Positions 33,673-33,743 of a stretch of 33,743 bases of DNA are shown in pieces; the first letter of the stretch is position 1; each line of letters begins with the position of its first letter. The notes beneath the pieces are model-generated. The model searched no databases and was not told the origin of the DNA. It saw nothing but the letters and a program-made list of their open reading frames with translations. The position numbers were made by a program, and so were the translations under genes. This DNA comes from Perkinsus olseni (lineage: Eukaryota), in NCBI GenBank assembly GCA_013115125.1, contig JABANN010000384.1, forward strand, positions 1-33,743. Reading direction: 5' to 3'.

Positions 33673-33743
33673 TGAGTCGGGTTTCGGGTTGATGGGGGTT
33701 ACGGTCAGTACTCCACTAGGTCTTGGTCAACTTTTTTAAGGCA

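Overview
Eukaryotic genomic DNA, most likely from a Perkinsus-type alveolate. This is inferred from short 44-66 nt GT-AG introns, an alveolate-style ATG8, lineage-type secreted protein families and spliced-leader-like words. The left half (1-16.9 kb) is an accessory, repeat-rich zone. It holds a coiled-coil gene built from tandem exon+intron modules, an 88-bp tandem repeat, a decayed integrase-like stretch, and a PIF/Harbinger-like transposase with a divergent spliced partner ORF. It also holds a ~1 kb local duplication carrying an intronless gene preceded by a spliced-leader-like relic, three paralogues of a small secreted protein, and two other secreted proteins. The right half (17-31 kb) is a run of minus-strand genes: ATG8, a PfkB/adenosine kinase, SF3B6/p14, a Par3/HAL-N-like protein, a COPI-associated membrane protein, a propeller-mucin-Cys-repeat secreted protein and another secreted protein. 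It ends in decayed coding-like DNA, a 9-bp minisatellite and G/C runs. The most notable structure is the adenosine kinase gene, which has two homologous, phase-compatible, mutually exclusive first coding exons, each with its own acceptor-like site upstream. Gene models were spliced by hand and no database searches were run. Several 1-nt frameshifts could be assembly errors.
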